This document shows, in pieces, positions 20,277 through 29,987 of a stretch of DNA of 64,000 nt. The notes below the pieces were generated by a model, which searched no databases, was not told the DNA's origin, and worked only from the letters and a program-made list of their open reading frames with translations. Source of the DNA: Candidatus Kerfeldbacteria bacterium (GTDB lineage Bacteria > Patescibacteriota > Patescibacteriia > UBA10025 > JAHIVO01); the NCBI GenBank assembly GCA_047946875.1, contig CP181398.1, positions 1,064,409 to 1,128,408 on the forward strand, in the 5' to 3' direction. Both the position numbers and the translations under genes were made by a program. How positions within the stretch are numbered: position 1 is the stretch's first letter; every line of letters starts with the position of its first letter.

Positions 20277-21002
20277 ATGTCCGGTCACTCTAAATGGTCA
20301 ACAATTAAAAGAGCGAAAGCAGTTACTGACCAAAGACGCGGGAACTTATTTACCAAACTTTCAAAAAATATTACAATAGCAGCCAAACAGGGTGGTGGCG
20401 ATCAAGACATGAATTTCAAATTACGACTAGCAGTTGATAAGGCAAAAAATTCTAACATGCCCAATGACAACATAGATCGTGCTATAAAACGTGGAATAGG
20501 TGAGCTTAAAGATATTGTTGTAGAAGAAGTAATATATGAAGGATTTGGACCAGACGGAATTGCAATAATCATTGAAGTTGCTACTGATAATAAAAACCGA
20601 TCAGCTAGTGCTATCCGAAGCATCTTTACAAAAAATAATGGAAACCTCGGCAATAGCGGTAGTGTAATGTGGATGTTTGCTCAAAAAGGAATTATTAGAA
20701 TACTAAAAGAAAATATTAAAAATAAAGATGAGTTTGAACTGAACGTGATTGATAATGGGGCTGAAGACATAATCGAGGAAGATGAAGGGTTTGTGATATT
20801 ATCTGAAGTTAATTCTTTTAAAAAAATTAAAGACTACATTGAACAAGCTAATATTGTTTTTGAATCGGCAGATATTGAAATGATACCAAATGACAAAATA
20901 AAAGTTTCTGACGGTAAATTAAAAACGAAACTACAAAAATTATTCGACGAATTAGAAGACAATGAAGATGTAAATAACTTTTATACAAATGCCGACTTCT
21001 AA
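20277..21002 (+). CDS. yebC: YebC/PmpR-family transcriptional regulator
   Basis: MSGHSKWSTIKRAKAVTDQRRGNLFTKLSKNITIAAKQGGGD…, the canonical N-terminus. Confidence 0.9.
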   Translation: MSGHSKWSTIKRAKAVTDQRRGNLFTKLSKNITIAAKQGGGDQDMNFKLRLAVDKAKNSNMPNDNIDRAIKRGIGELKDIVVEEVIYEGFGPDGIAIIIEVATDNKNRSASAIRSIFTKNNGNLGNSGSVMWMFAQKGIIRILKENIKNKDEFELNVIDNGAEDIIEEDEGFVILSEVNSFKKIKDYIEQANIVFESADIEMIPNDKIKVSDGKLKTKLQKLFDELEDNEDVNNFYTNADF

Positions 21003-21480
21003 ACCAAAAATTATATTAGGAATTGATCCTGGCTTTGCTATCACTGGATATGGATTAATAAAATTTCATAAAAAAGAAATATCATTAGTAGCCTGTGGAG
21101 CAATAACTTCTTCTGCCAAAGAGCCACACGGACAAAGATTAAATAAAATCAATAAAGAACTAACGAAAATATTAAAAAAATATAAACCGGACGTCGTAGG
21201 AGTTGAAAAACTTTTTTTCGCTAAAAATACAAAGACAGCTCTTAAGGTTGGGGAAGCGCGTGGAGTAATAATGCAAACAGTCTGGCAACATAATCAATCC
21301 GTCAGAGAATTTACTCCTCTACAAATCAAACAAGCTATCACTGGATATGGTCGTGCTAGCAAAACACAAATCCAAATAATGGTAAAACAGCAACTAAATC
21401 TAAAAACTACACCGAAGCCTGATGACGTTGCTGATGCTTTAGCCATAGCAATCTGCTGTGCCTATACAAAAGAATATTAA
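20989..21480 (+). CDS. ruvC: Holliday junction resolvase RuvC
   Basis: ILGIDPGFAITGYGLI…, with conserved acidic residues along the sequence. Confidence 0.9.
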   Translation: MPTSKPKIILGIDPGFAITGYGLIKFHKKEISLVACGAITSSAKEPHGQRLNKINKELTKILKKYKPDVVGVEKLFFAKNTKTALKVGEARGVIMQTVWQHNQSVREFTPLQIKQAITGYGRASKTQIQIMVKQQLNLKTTPKPDDVADALAIAICCAYTKEY

Positions 21481-21490
21481 ATATAAGTTT

Positions 21491-22963
21491 ATGGCAAAAA
21501 TATTGAAAATCGCCAGCATTGCTTCTGAGGTATCCCCTTATTCAAAAAGTGGTGGTCTTGGTGATGTCACAAAATCATTACCCAAAGCTTTATCCCAACT
21601 TGGTCACAAAGTAAGTATTATCACTCCTTGCTATAGTTTTATCTGCAAAAAACAAAAGAATTTAGAAAATGTAGATAAAAAATTTACTGTAAAATTTAAA
21701 AATAACTCCTACCCAATCATAATAAAAAAACTTACTATAAGTAACAATTTGACCGTATATTTTATTGGGAATGCAAAATTATTTGGGAACAGTAAAAATA
21801 TTTATGGTTACAAAAATGATAATCTTAGATTTTTTATTTTCAATATTGCCGTTTTAAAAATGCTTGAATTATTAAAATTAAAACCAAATATAATCCATTG
21901 TCATGATTGGCAAGCGGGAATGATCCCAAACTTACTTAAATTAGATAAAAAAAGATTCCCTAGTCTAAAAAAATCAGCGACTATTTTTACTATTCACAAT
22001 CTTACCTTCCAAATGTCGGGGGGTTGGTGGAATGTACCAGCTAATAAAAAAGATAATGGGCGTAATAATCCTTTAAAAGATTTTTCTAAAATCAAATATC
22101 TAAATTTTACCAAAAGGGCTATATATAATGCTGACATTATTAATACTGTCAGCGAAAGATATGCAGAAGAAATAACCTCTCCAGAACTTGGGCAAGGTTT
22201 AGATAAATATCTAATACAAAGATCTGGCGACTTATATGGAATAATAAATGGTATTGATTATACAATTCATAATCCAGCCTTTGATAATAATTTAAAGTAT
22301 AAATATGATTGGAATAGTTTACGTCGTAAAAGCAAAAATAAATTAGCCCTTCAACAAGAACTTGGTCTAGAACAAAAAGGAGATATTCCATTAATTGGCA
22401 TGACTAACCGACTAACAGAACAAAAGGGTTTCAAACTTATTATGGAAAATATTGAAATTATTATGAAGCTCCCCATACAATTAGTTATCGTTGGAAGTGG
22501 TTTTCGTGAGTACATATTATTCTTCAAAAAATATGCAAAAAAATATCCCCACAAATTAGCCCTAGTCACTCCTTTTACAGAAATTATGGAATCAAAAATA
22601 TATGCTGGATCTGATATGTTTTTAATGCCTTCCAGATTTGAACCTTGTGGTATCTCCCAATTAAAAAGTTTACGATATGGTTCTGTGCCTATTGTTCATG
22701 AAACTGGGGGACTTTCAGATACAATTAGAAACTATAACCCAAAAACTCGAAAAGGAAATGGCTTTGTATTCAAACAATATGATTCTATTCATTTTATGAT
22801 GGCCCTAGCTCGAGCACTGGAAAATTATAAATTTCCTCAATTTTGGGAACATCTAACCTGGAAAGCAATGCAACAAACGTATTCTTGGGAACTTCCAGCA
22901 AAAAAATATATAAGACTATTTAACATCGCCTTGAAAAAAAAGGCAGAAAGAAAAAAAATATAA
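21491..22963 (+). CDS. glgA: Glycogen/starch synthase (GT5)
   Basis: KSGGLGDV motif at the N-terminus. C-terminal RFEPCGISQ…VHETGGLSDTI. Start at ATG 21491 (MAKILKIAS). Confidence 0.9.
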   Translation: MAKILKIASIASEVSPYSKSGGLGDVTKSLPKALSQLGHKVSIITPCYSFICKKQKNLENVDKKFTVKFKNNSYPIIIKKLTISNNLTVYFIGNAKLFGNSKNIYGYKNDNLRFFIFNIAVLKMLELLKLKPNIIHCHDWQAGMIPNLLKLDKKRFPSLKKSATIFTIHNLTFQMSGGWWNVPANKKDNGRNNPLKDFSKIKYLNFTKRAIYNADIINTVSERYAEEITSPELGQGLDKYLIQRSGDLYGIINGIDYTIHNPAFDNNLKYKYDWNSLRRKSKNKLALQQELGLEQKGDIPLIGMTNRLTEQKGFKLIMENIEIIMKLPIQLVIVGSGFREYILFFKKYAKKYPHKLALVTPFTEIMESKIYAGSDMFLMPSRFEPCGISQLKSLRYGSVPIVHETGGLSDTIRNYNPKTRKGNGFVFKQYDSIHFMMALARALENYKFPQFWEHLTWKAMQQTYSWELPAKKYIRLFNIALKKKAERKKI

Positions 22964-24186
22964 TGTACTGGGCAAATTTTTTTCATATCTACCAACCTCC
23001 TAACTGGTCACCACAAATAATAAAAAAAGTAACTAAAGAAAGCTATCGCCCCATTTTAACAATACTAAAAAAGAGTCCTAAGTTAAAAATAACTTTGAAT
23101 ATTTCTGGCTCTCTTACAGAACAATTAGCTCTACAAGGTTTTAATGACATAATTGATGATATTACAAATCTAGCTAAAAAAAAACAAATCGAATTTACAG
23201 GCAGCGCGCTCTATCATCCTATCCTACCTTTATTACCTACAAAAGAAATTATAAGACAGATTCAATTAAACACAGAAATAAACAAAAAATATTTTGGTAA
23301 AATATATAACCCAAAAGGATTTTTCTCTCCTGAAATGGCTTATAACAAAAAAATAGCTATTGTTATTCAGTCCCTCGGCTATAAATGGATAATCGTTGAT
23401 GAAATTTGTTACAACGGAGTATTAAATGCAAGTCAGCTCAACCAACGCTATCAAATAAAAGGTACTTCAGTAAATATAGTATTTAGAAACAGAGCCATTA
23501 GTGATTATTTTTCTTTTCATGGAAATCCAAAAAAACCACAAGAATTTTGGGATACTGTTGAGAAAGATGGTAGATATAATCCAGCTATCATAACTGCAAT
23601 GGACGGAGAAAATTTAGGTCATCATAGAAAAGGTTGGGATATCTACTGGAAAAAATTAGCTACAGACAAAAAAATACACACCCTTACCATAAATTCTTTG
23701 TTAAAAAAATATAAATCCAAAAAAATTATTACTCCAGTAAATGCTAGTTGGTCATCACAGGATCGAGAATTAAAAAACAAACATCCATATATATTATGGG
23801 ATGATCCGAAAAATCAAATACATTCTCTTCAATGGAATCTTATTCATTACACATCAAAGCTCCTCCATCAAAAAACCAAACACTCAAATTATACAAAAGC
23901 AAGAAAACTTTTTGATAAACGATTAGCCTCTGATCAATTTTGGTGGGCTTCTGCAAAACCATGGTGGAGCCTGAGAATAATTAAGAAAAAAACAAAAGAA
24001 CTTCAAGAAGTTATATTACTTGTAGACAAAAATAATAAAGAAGGAATTAATATTTCAAAGAAAATAATTAAACTTGCTACTAAATGGCAATCAACTAATA
24101 AATTTAAAACAATCGCTGATAAATATTTATTAGATAATCAAAATGATAATACAAGATTCATAGGCGGTAATAAAATTACTAACTAA
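22963..24186 (+). CDS. Glycoside hydrolase family 57 protein (alpha-glucan processing)
   Basis: MYWANFFHIYQPP…GSALYHPILPLLP…AMDGENLGHH: GH57 catalytic-domain pattern. Tandem paralog of the next gene. Confidence 0.7.
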   Translation: MYWANFFHIYQPPNWSPQIIKKVTKESYRPILTILKKSPKLKITLNISGSLTEQLALQGFNDIIDDITNLAKKKQIEFTGSALYHPILPLLPTKEIIRQIQLNTEINKKYFGKIYNPKGFFSPEMAYNKKIAIVIQSLGYKWIIVDEICYNGVLNASQLNQRYQIKGTSVNIVFRNRAISDYFSFHGNPKKPQEFWDTVEKDGRYNPAIITAMDGENLGHHRKGWDIYWKKLATDKKIHTLTINSLLKKYKSKKIITPVNASWSSQDRELKNKHPYILWDDPKNQIHSLQWNLIHYTSKLLHQKTKHSNYTKARKLFDKRLASDQFWWASAKPWWSLRIIKKKTKELQEVILLVDKNNKEGINISKKIIKLATKWQSTNKFKTIADKYLLDNQNDNTRFIGGNKITN

Positions 24187-24197
24187 AATTATAAATT

Positions 24198-25577
24198 ATG
24201 TACTGGGCAAATTTTCTTCATATTTACCAACCACCTACCCAAAAAGAATATTGGGTAAAAAAAATTGCTAACGAAAGTTATCGTAAAATAATTAAGGGCA
24301 TGGAGAAAGATCCAAACAGTAAGGCCACCTTAAATATCAATGCTGTTCTTACTGAGCTATTTGTTAAATTTGATTGCAAGGATGTAATACAAGGAATTAA
24401 AAAATTAGCAGAAAAAGGACAAATTGAGTTAACGGCCAGCGCTAAATACCATCCTTTTCTACCCTTAATGCCAGAGAAAGAAATAATCAGACAAATTGAA
24501 CTCAACACAATCACTAACAAAAAATACTTTGGTGATGCTTTTAATCCTAAAGGTTTTTTTCCACCAGAAATGGCTTATAATCGAAAAGTAGGAGAAATAG
24601 TTGCTAAAGCTGGCTACAAATGGTTAATTCTTGACGAGTTGGCCCACTCAGGGGAAACCAAAACAATCAATTGGTCAAAAACCTACAACTTAGAAGGTTT
24701 TGATGATTTCTATATATTCTTCCGAGAAAGAGAAGCAAGTTTTAGAATCCTATCAGCGGAAATTGGAATGAGTGTTTTTTCTAGTGACATGCTAATTAAA
24801 CTACTTGGTGACCGAGTAGACAAAAATGAATATCTAATTACTGCCATGGATGGTGAAACATTTGGTCATCATCGTCCTGGTTTAGAAGAACTATTATTTG
24901 ACTTATTTAAAACTGACAAATTACAACCGGTACATGTTTCCGACCTGATTGATTTATTCAAAAATAAAGAAAGTGTTGAGCCAAGAGATTCTTCCTGGGC
25001 CTTGATGAAAAAAGATATTGAACAAAATACTCCCTTTTCACGTTGGCAAGATAAAAATAATGAAATTCATAATATGCAATGGGAATTAACTGATCTTGCC
25101 TTAAGAAGCATAAAAAGCACTGATAAAAATACTAAAGATTTTAACAAAGTAAGAGCTGCTCTAGACCAAGCAATCCATTCAGATCAATACTGGTGGGCAT
25201 CTGCTATGCCATGGTGGAGCATTGAAATGATTGAAGCAGGTGCAAGAGATTTACAAAACGTAGTTCTCCAATCTTCATTGCCACAATCAGATAAAGATAG
25301 AGCTGAAGATTTATATAAAAATATTATCTATACTGCTTTTGACTGGCAACGTTCAGGTAAAGTAGATGAGCTGGCAAAATCAGCAGACGAAGACGTTACT
25401 CAACGTATAACCACAGAGATGCCTTTTATTCCCGTAGCTGAATTTAATAAAATGGTTAAGAATCTAGAAAACCAAATGTTAGAAGCAGCCAAGGCAAGAG
25501 AATATGAAAGGGCGGCTCAATTGAGAAATAGGGTTATCGAATTAAATGAAAAAAAAGATCAAATAACAAAAAAATAA
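24198..25577 (+). CDS. GH57 protein fused to a C-terminal UVR (UvrB/UvrC-type) motif
   Basis: N-terminal MYWANFLHIYQPP…AMDGETFGHH. The C-terminal end REYERAAQLRNRVIELNEKK matches the UVR consensus (..E.AA.lRd.i..L). Confidence 0.7.
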   Translation: MYWANFLHIYQPPTQKEYWVKKIANESYRKIIKGMEKDPNSKATLNINAVLTELFVKFDCKDVIQGIKKLAEKGQIELTASAKYHPFLPLMPEKEIIRQIELNTITNKKYFGDAFNPKGFFPPEMAYNRKVGEIVAKAGYKWLILDELAHSGETKTINWSKTYNLEGFDDFYIFFREREASFRILSAEIGMSVFSSDMLIKLLGDRVDKNEYLITAMDGETFGHHRPGLEELLFDLFKTDKLQPVHVSDLIDLFKNKESVEPRDSSWALMKKDIEQNTPFSRWQDKNNEIHNMQWELTDLALRSIKSTDKNTKDFNKVRAALDQAIHSDQYWWASAMPWWSIEMIEAGARDLQNVVLQSSLPQSDKDRAEDLYKNIIYTAFDWQRSGKVDELAKSADEDVTQRITTEMPFIPVAEFNKMVKNLENQMLEAAKAREYERAAQLRNRVIELNEKKDQITKK

Positions 25578-25580
25578 ACT

Positions 25581-26567
25581 ATGTTAGCAAAAAGTAAAGA
25601 TGATGCAAAAAACCACCGAGCTTATGCACGTAAAATAATAAAAGAAATTACCAATGAAAGAAGTTTTGTAACAACAGAGCGTATTAGATTTGGTCCCCGA
25701 TATTTTGTAGCTAAAGGAAATTATCAAAAATACACCTCCTTATTTAAAATCGCTTTATACCCTAAATCATACGATCACTTAACTAATGAAAAATTCTCCC
25801 GTGAAATATTATTTTTAAATATCATTCAGAATTCAAAATTTAAAAATTTAAAAAAATCAATTCCTCATATTTACGACTCAAGTATTAAAACAAGAGCGTG
25901 GTATTTTCGTGAATATCTAACTGGCAAAGTTCAAAATATTAATGGTGGTAATATCAGATTTAAAGATTCATTCTTTACAACCGCTCATCTTAATTGGTTT
26001 ATAAACGCATTTTCAGAACTTCAAAATATTACCCTTAAAGACTTACCATTACAATTTAAAAAACTATTATATCCCCACCAAACACTCGAATACCTTTGGC
26101 GTTTCATTAGTCCGGACTATAAAACTTTGGAAAAATTTATTGGTATCCCTGGGTCAACGAAAGATATTCATAATATATTCTTGAAAAACAGCAAGATATA
26201 CAAAAATGCTCCAAAAGTTTTAGCCCACCAAGAAGTATATTCACCCCATATTATAAACATAAATGGCCAATTAAAAATGATTGATTGGGAAAATATTGGC
26301 TGGGCCACTCCAACTAATGATATAGTTGCTATGTGGATGAGAGCACATAACCATCCAAATTGGCAGAAAAAACTTAAAAAAAGTTTTCAGAATAAATACA
26401 AAAAATATAAACAATTTGATCAACTTTGGGATATTACTGTCTTGGTTCAATCAGTCTATAATGTAATAAGTTACCACCACTACTTTGACAAAAAAGACTT
26501 TGAAGCGCTGGCAATATTCTCAGGTAAGATGGTCAAACAAATTTTAAAAAAATCACAAAACAAATAA
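25581..26567 (+). CDS. Protein-kinase-like (APH/ChoK fold) protein with substituted catalytic motif
   Basis: LAHQEVYSPHIININGQLKMIDWENIGWATPTND aligns to the APH HGDxxxxN…IDWE motif, but reads HQE…H (Asp to Glu, Asn to His). Confidence 0.5.
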   Translation: MLAKSKDDAKNHRAYARKIIKEITNERSFVTTERIRFGPRYFVAKGNYQKYTSLFKIALYPKSYDHLTNEKFSREILFLNIIQNSKFKNLKKSIPHIYDSSIKTRAWYFREYLTGKVQNINGGNIRFKDSFFTTAHLNWFINAFSELQNITLKDLPLQFKKLLYPHQTLEYLWRFISPDYKTLEKFIGIPGSTKDIHNIFLKNSKIYKNAPKVLAHQEVYSPHIININGQLKMIDWENIGWATPTNDIVAMWMRAHNHPNWQKKLKKSFQNKYKKYKQFDQLWDITVLVQSVYNVISYHHYFDKKDFEALAIFSGKMVKQILKKSQNK

Positions 26568-26573
26568 AATAAT

Positions 26574-27458
26574 ATGGAAAAAAATATTGATTTACATTTT
26601 CATTCAGTTTATTCCGAGGGAGATTACACCGTCCCAGAATTATTACAATTAGCCAAAGATAATAATATCCACGTCTTAGCTATGACTGATCATAATGTAA
26701 TAGCCGGTGTAGCCGAGCTAGTTAAACTTGCTCCAGACTATGGAATCAAAGCAATCCCTGGAGTGGAAATATATACACATTTTGAAAATGTCCCGCTACA
26801 TTTGCTCGGGTATAATTTTGATCCTGAAAATAAACAAATCAAAAAAATGATCCACGATCTTCAGACTGACAATGAAAAAAATATTAACAACTCTATCTCA
26901 AATTTACAGCAAGAGGGTTTTGTAATAGATGAAAAAAAATTATTCAAGTCAACCTCTCGTAATTTTGGAGCAATCCATATTCTCAAAGAGATGGAGCTTC
27001 ATCCAGAAAATATTAAAAAATTAGAAAAAGATTTAGGTAATAATTTTGATAATTTTTTTATAAAGATTGAAAAATACTTTGGACAAGGTCGCCCAGGCTA
27101 TATGCCTTTATCCGAGATACCTACTGATCAAGCAATTAAAATTATACAAGCTGGTAGTGGTTTTTCCTCCCTAGCTCATCCTGGACAACAATTAACCTAT
27201 GAACAAGATAATTTAATTTTGAATTTAGTTTCTAAGGGGCTAGATGCTATTGAAGTCCTCTCCCCTTATCACAACTGGCACCAAATAGAACATTACCAAA
27301 AAGTTGCAGATAAAAACAATTTACTAATTACTGGCGGGAGTGATTTTCATGGAGATATAGATTTCAAAAAACAAGAACTTATTCAGAGACAATGGGATTA
27401 TTTCCATGTGCCTTATAAAATTTTTGAACAATTAAATAATAAAATTACTAACTTATAA
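26574..27458 (+). CDS. PHP-domain metal-dependent phosphoesterase
   Basis: DLHFHSVYSEGDYT…LAMTDHNVIAG N-terminal His motifs. C-terminal GGSDFHG. Confidence 0.8.
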   Translation: MEKNIDLHFHSVYSEGDYTVPELLQLAKDNNIHVLAMTDHNVIAGVAELVKLAPDYGIKAIPGVEIYTHFENVPLHLLGYNFDPENKQIKKMIHDLQTDNEKNINNSISNLQQEGFVIDEKKLFKSTSRNFGAIHILKEMELHPENIKKLEKDLGNNFDNFFIKIEKYFGQGRPGYMPLSEIPTDQAIKIIQAGSGFSSLAHPGQQLTYEQDNLILNLVSKGLDAIEVLSPYHNWHQIEHYQKVADKNNLLITGGSDFHGDIDFKKQELIQRQWDYFHVPYKIFEQLNNKITNL

Positions 27459-27463
27459 AAAAT

Positions 27464-28933
27464 ATGAAACCTTTAAAAGTACTTTTGATAGCTTCTGAAC
27501 TTAACCCTATAGCCAAGGTTGGCGGTCTGGCTGACGTGATTGGAGCTTTACCCAAGGCATTGGCTAAATTGGGTGTAGACGTAAGAATCGCTATTCCAAA
27601 ATATGGTGTGATTGACGAAAAAGAATATCCAGTTACAGAACTAGCCAAAAATGTAACAGTTCCTTTTGAAGGTGAGGATAAACTAATGAATATTTTTTCT
27701 ACTCCTCTACCAGATACTAAGGTGCCTGTTTATTTATTAGACAATCTTGAGTACTTAGGACAAAACGGAATTTATTTTGAAACTGATGCATCCTCTAGTG
27801 GTTCAAATAGAGAGGCTGAAAGATATTCATTTTTTGCTCGATCTGTCATGGAAATCTTCGAGCCATTAGATTGGTATCCAGACGTTATTCATTGTCATGA
27901 TTGGCATGTTGGTTTTGTCCCAGTAATATTAAAAATATTAAGCAAAAAAAACAACAAACTTGCTCATATTAAATCACTACTAACTATCCATAATTTAGAA
28001 TATCAAGGACGATATGATGAACAGATGATTTTCAATGCTTTTGGTATTAAAAAATCTGACCATGAAACGTTGTCAGAAAACCAAAATGGACAAATTAATA
28101 GTTTACAACAAGCAATTTTAACTAGTGACCACCTTAATACTGTTAGTCCAAATTATGCTAAAGAAATATTAACCAAAAAATATGGTGCAGGTCTAGAAAG
28201 TACTTTAGATGTAAGAAAAAATGATTTAGAAGGAGTGATTAATGGAATAGATGTGGATAGATTTAATCCTGAAACAGATAAATCTTTAATCGCCAATTAT
28301 TCTGTTGACGACCTATCTGGACAGGCTAAATGTAAAGAAGATTTACAAAAAAAATGTGATCTTAAAGTTGATCCAAAAATTCCTATTTTAGGTATTGTCT
28401 CTCGTCTAGCCGACCAAAAGGGTATAGATCTAATTTATGATATTGCTGATAAAATTGCAAAAGAAGATGTTCAGTTTGTCTGCTTAGGAACTGGCGATCC
28501 AAAACTAGAAGCAATGATGAGTGAAATTGCAAAGAAATATCCTGAGAAATTCTATACCCAAATTGCTTTTGATGCGGCCTTTGCACAATTAATCTATGCT
28601 GGATCTGATATGTTCCTTATGCCATCAAAATTTGAGCCTTGTGGCTTAGGCCAAATGATTTCTATGCGTTATGGTACAGCACCTATTGTTCGATATACTG
28701 GTGGATTAGCAGATACTGTAGAAAACTATGACGCAAAAAATGATACTGGTGATGGTTTTGTATTTAATGACTATGATGCTGATCAATTCTTTGAAGCTAT
28801 AAAAAATTCATTAGATCTTTATCAAGATCAAAAGAAATGGTACAATTTAATCAAACGAATAATGAAGAAAGATTTCTCCTGGACTGCCTCAGCTAATAAA
28901 TACATTGAGCTATATAAAAAAATAATTGATTAA
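27464..28933 (+). CDS. glgA: Glycogen/starch synthase (GT5), second copy
   Basis: KVGGLADV motif; KFEPCGLGQ…RYTGGLADTV. Confidence 0.9.
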   Translation: MKPLKVLLIASELNPIAKVGGLADVIGALPKALAKLGVDVRIAIPKYGVIDEKEYPVTELAKNVTVPFEGEDKLMNIFSTPLPDTKVPVYLLDNLEYLGQNGIYFETDASSSGSNREAERYSFFARSVMEIFEPLDWYPDVIHCHDWHVGFVPVILKILSKKNNKLAHIKSLLTIHNLEYQGRYDEQMIFNAFGIKKSDHETLSENQNGQINSLQQAILTSDHLNTVSPNYAKEILTKKYGAGLESTLDVRKNDLEGVINGIDVDRFNPETDKSLIANYSVDDLSGQAKCKEDLQKKCDLKVDPKIPILGIVSRLADQKGIDLIYDIADKIAKEDVQFVCLGTGDPKLEAMMSEIAKKYPEKFYTQIAFDAAFAQLIYAGSDMFLMPSKFEPCGLGQMISMRYGTAPIVRYTGGLADTVENYDAKNDTGDGFVFNDYDADQFFEAIKNSLDLYQDQKKWYNLIKRIMKKDFSWTASANKYIELYKKIID

Positions 28934-28936
28934 ACA

Positions 28937-29929
28937 ATGCCCGTAAAAAAAACTACAAAAAAAATAGTTAAAAAAACCGTCTACAAAGATGTAAAAATTA
29001 ATCCTGCAAATAGTGAAATAAGAGTAGATGAAATCCATGATCGTTTTGTAATTATTGCTCCCGGTAGATCAAAAAGGCCTCATGATACAGCAAAACATAA
29101 AGAAGTTCCAGTTAAATCTAAAGACTGTCCTTTTTGTAAAGAAGCTAATTTTTTGTCACAACCTCCTCTTCATTTAGTCGGACCTGACAAATGGTGGGAA
29201 ATTAAAGTTATTCGGAATATTTTCCCCTTTCTTTCGCCAGGCAATCCAAAAGCTTATGGACACCAAGAAGTTGTAATAGAAACTCCTCACCACAACAAAG
29301 AGTTGGCGGAATTTGGTGAATCACACATTGTCAGGCTTTTACAAACCTATCAAGCGCGAACAAAAGCATTATCAAAAGATCCTAAGATAAAATATATTCT
29401 TATTTTTAAGAATCATGGTGGTAAGGCTGGTGCTTCACTTGTACATGCCCACTCACAAATTATGGCTGCTGGATTTGTCCCATCTCATATTGTAAATAAA
29501 TTGGGCCGAGCAAGAAAATATTTGATTGAAAAAGGTATTTCTTATTATCAAAAATTAGCTAATCGTGAAGGAAAAGGACCTAGAAAAATATTCGAAGATA
29601 AATATATAACTGCTTTTTGTCCATATGCTTCTTCTTATAATTATGAAGCATGGTTAGTACCAAAAAGAAAAGTTGATAACATATCTATGCTTGAAATTGA
29701 TGAGTTAAAATCGTTAGCTAAGGCTTTGAAAAAAATATTGAAGAAAGTAAATCAACTCGAGCTCCCATACAATTTTTATATGCACCAAACATTGACTGAT
29801 AGACATGAATATTTTTATCTAAGAGTTTGCCCAAGACGAGATACTCATGCTGGTGTAGAGCTTGGATCACGTGTCATTGTAAATACTGTCGCTCCAGAAG
29901 ATGCTGCGAAATTCTATAGAGGAAAATAA
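28937..29929 (+). CDS. GalT-family hexose-1-phosphate nucleotidyltransferase (galactose-1-P uridylyltransferase-like)
   Basis: Zn-knuckle CPFC and active-site HAHSQI (HxHxQ). Confidence 0.75.
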   Translation: MPVKKTTKKIVKKTVYKDVKINPANSEIRVDEIHDRFVIIAPGRSKRPHDTAKHKEVPVKSKDCPFCKEANFLSQPPLHLVGPDKWWEIKVIRNIFPFLSPGNPKAYGHQEVVIETPHHNKELAEFGESHIVRLLQTYQARTKALSKDPKIKYILIFKNHGGKAGASLVHAHSQIMAAGFVPSHIVNKLGRARKYLIEKGISYYQKLANREGKGPRKIFEDKYITAFCPYASSYNYEAWLVPKRKVDNISMLEIDELKSLAKALKKILKKVNQLELPYNFYMHQTLTDRHEYFYLRVCPRRDTHAGVELGSRVIVNTVAPEDAAKFYRGK

Positions 29930-29939
29930 ACTTAAACTA

Positions 29940-29973
29940 AAAAACATCTCCTTATCACGGGAGGTGTTTTTAG
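29940..29973. terminator. Bidirectional rho-independent terminator between convergent genes
   Basis: ACATCTCC-8nt-GGAGGTGT stem (one G-U pair), flanked by A5 and T5. Confidence 0.7.
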
Positions 29974-29987
29974 TTATTTAAAAACTA

